A stretch of DNA of 64,000 nt from an uncultured Verrucomicrobiae bacterium. Its GTDB lineage: Bacteria; Verrucomicrobiota; Verrucomicrobiia; Limisphaerales; BOG-1460. The translations under genes and the position numbers were made by a program. The stretch spans positions 110,935 to 174,934 of the forward strand of contig CAVXEG010000015.1 in NCBI GenBank assembly GCA_963760675.1, read 5' to 3'. The notes below the pieces were generated by a model. The model made no database searches, was not told where the DNA came from, and saw only the letters and a program-made list of their open reading frames with translations. Shown here in pieces: positions 61,967 through 64,000 of this stretch (within the stretch, counting starts at the first letter, position 1; the number at the start of each line of letters is the position of its first letter).

Positions 61967-63749
61967 CTATGTTTTGAAGCGCCCGGCCGTGCTGGTCGGC
62001 TCTGCCTGGCCGGGCGCGAGCAGGGGAAGTGTCATGCAAATGGTCGTGCCCTTTCCTAGCGCGGAGACGAGCGTGATTCTACCGCCGAGCTGTTGCGTCA
62101 CGAGATTATGGACGATGTAGAGGCCGAGGCCGGTACTGCCCTGCGCACGTCTCGTGGTGAAGAACGGATCGAAAACGTGACGCTGAACGTCCTCCGGAAT
62201 GCCGCTGCCATCATCCGAGAAAGTGATCTCGACCTGCTCCATGCCGAGGCGACGCGCCTTGATCAGCACGTGTCCACCAGGCCCATCGGTGAAGCCGTGA
62301 GTGACGGCGTTGAAGATGAGGTTGGTCAGCACCTGTCCGTAAGCGCCCGGGTAGCTGTCCAGGGTGATGTCGGAGGGCATCTCGAGCGCAAGTGAATCTC
62401 GAGATTTCGGCAGGCCCGGCCGCACACTGGCCACGATCTGCTCGGTCACAAGTTTGAGGTCAAAGGTGCGCCGATCGGTATGGCTGCGATCGACGGCGAC
62501 TTGCTTGAACGATTAAATCAGTTCTGTGGCGCGCTGGAGATTCGCGACGAGTTGGTTTGCACCGTCGCGACAACTGTCAGCGAACTCGGCGAGCAGGGAA
62601 CGGCGCACCGGACCCGAGGCGATCTGGTCGGCGAAGTTCGCGCAGCGGTGCGCGAGCGTCGAGGCCACCGTAAGGCTGATGCCGACCGGGCTATTGATCT
62701 CGTGTGCAACCCCCGCGACGAGACCGCCGAGTGCGGCGAGTCTCTCGGTTTCGATGAGATAGCGTTGCGTTTCGCTGGCGTGCAGAGCTGCTTCGGCCAA
62801 CCTCCTCTTGTCCCGGATTTCGGCAAACCGCGCAGCAAGAACCAATGCGCCGATCGTCACAAGTAGAATGCTGACTTGGGCCGCCAGGACGCGCTCGGCC
62901 ACTGGAAGACCCGGATTACCGAAATAGCCAATGCCAAAGGTGGTCGTCCAAACGATTGAAAGGCTAACGATGAACGCGGCTGCCGCGGCGAAAACCGGGC
63001 GGCAACGAGCCGCAAGCCACAACAGCGGCACGAACAACAAGGCGACCGGCCCAACGGTCGCCAAAAGCTCCGACCGTTGGAAAATGACAAGTCCACTCAC
63101 CAGGGCTAGCGCCGCGACCGCCAAAGCACCTTCGATCGAGCTCGCTCCGCGACGGCGGGTCGCGCGAGGATGAGACGAGCTCTATCAGCAACGGTGCAAC
63201 CGTGATTATTCCCAGTCCGTCCGATGCGAGCCAGTGCTGCCAAGTCGTCAATATCGGCGTCGTCGTACTGTGAAACAATTTGAATGCTACGGCCCCGCCG
63301 ATCCCCGAGACAGCGGCCCCTATGATCGCTGTCGCTGCCAATCCCAGCACGTTGCGCAGCTTGCTCAGTCTGAAATCCGAACCGAAGTAATGCCCAATGA
63401 GCCATGCCGTGAGCACGGCTTCCCCTGCATTGCATAAGGCGAAGAGAGCAGTGCTCCAGAGATTCCGGTCGCCCAAGAGATTCGCCACGATGGTCGCAGC
63501 CATCGTGCCGACAACAACCGGCCATCGCGCCCGGGACCCGAGAGCGATCAGAACGCCGGCGGACACACCTGCGGCGGGCCAGAAGACGGCGACACCCTCA
63601 GGTTTGGTCAGCAGAGCAAGGCTAAGCCGCGCTGCTACGAAATATACGATGCCGACCGCGACAGCGAGCCCGATCGAGCCAACCCACCGCGTCAGGTCGA
63701 TGCCGGTGGACAGCTCATGCTGAACCTGTTTTCGTAGATTCTGCCGCAC
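61967..63749 (-). pseudogene. MASE1-domain sensor histidine kinase, 2 or more frameshifts as assembled
   Basis: N-terminal multi-TM MASE1-like region (VYFVAARLSLALLTKPEGVAVFWPAAGV). H box LVAGVAHEINSPV. N/G boxes NLIFNAVTHG, DDGSGIP, GSTGLGLYIV. The pieces lie in ORFs 62964..63749, 62513..63124 and 61967..62449. Confidence 0.7.
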
Positions 63750-63813
63750 CCCGTGCTCCTTCCCCGCATGATCCTATTTCGCACAGGACTCGTGACGCCG
63801 CTACTCCCGCTAT

Positions 63814-63900
63814 TGGCACTCTTCGCCAATTCGCTGCGCTGCAACGGCGCGTCCGCAGCTGAGGGCAGACCGTCCGTGGCGGGCATGGCATCGTCACGGC
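63814..63900 (+). repeat. dispersed ~85-nt repeat, copy 2
   Basis: See copy 1. It lies just upstream of the histidine kinase start. Confidence 0.7.
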
Positions 63901-64000
63901 TGCCCGTGACCCGAAGGGGACATCCGGGCGGCCGCCCGATGCTCAATTGCGGGCCCTCAGACCGCTCTCTTGCCGTTGGGAAGAGCTACATGAGGCGGCG

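Overview
The window is composite. Positions 1 to ~58050 look like a PVC-superphylum (Verrucomicrobiota/Planctomycetota-like) chromosome segment. It carries, in order:
- a run of secreted plant-polysaccharide enzymes (tannase/feruloyl esterase, CE1-like esterase, two GH43 genes with CBM6 and ricin-B modules, a beta-helix/SMP-30 protein, and further along a GH97);
- a periplasmic redox trio (7-heme cytochrome c, Tat-exported aldo/keto reductase, Cys-rich TAXI-like binding protein);
- a tightly coupled T2SS/type-IV-pilus-like operon (GspE, two GspF paralogs, pseudopilins);
- a housekeeping block (cysS, tmk, plsC, cmk, aroA, tyrA);
- an ECF sigma factor fused to a membrane/coiled-coil module, followed by a sigma-less paralog;
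- a DUF1800/DUF1501 pair and topoisomerase III;
- a VTC-DUF4956-HlyD operon;
- trxB;
- a methyltransferase / GT2 / HydE-like radical SAM group.

At ~58050 the sequence switches, mid-gene on both sides, into alphaproteobacterial (Bradyrhizobium-like) DNA. This part holds the 3' part of recD2, an IS5-family element, a direct-inverted-direct (fold-back) triplication of the IS end plus the 5' end of a porin gene, the porin itself, and a MASE1 histidine kinase flanked by a dispersed repeat.

Many genes, including essential ones, are broken by frameshifts. The breaks cluster in blocks, and the three I traced to the base are 1-nt length errors in short homopolymers. I therefore read the disruptions and the junction as most likely assembly or consensus artefacts rather than biology. 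I found no rRNA, tRNA or CRISPR array. All function calls come from motif recognition by eye, not database searches.
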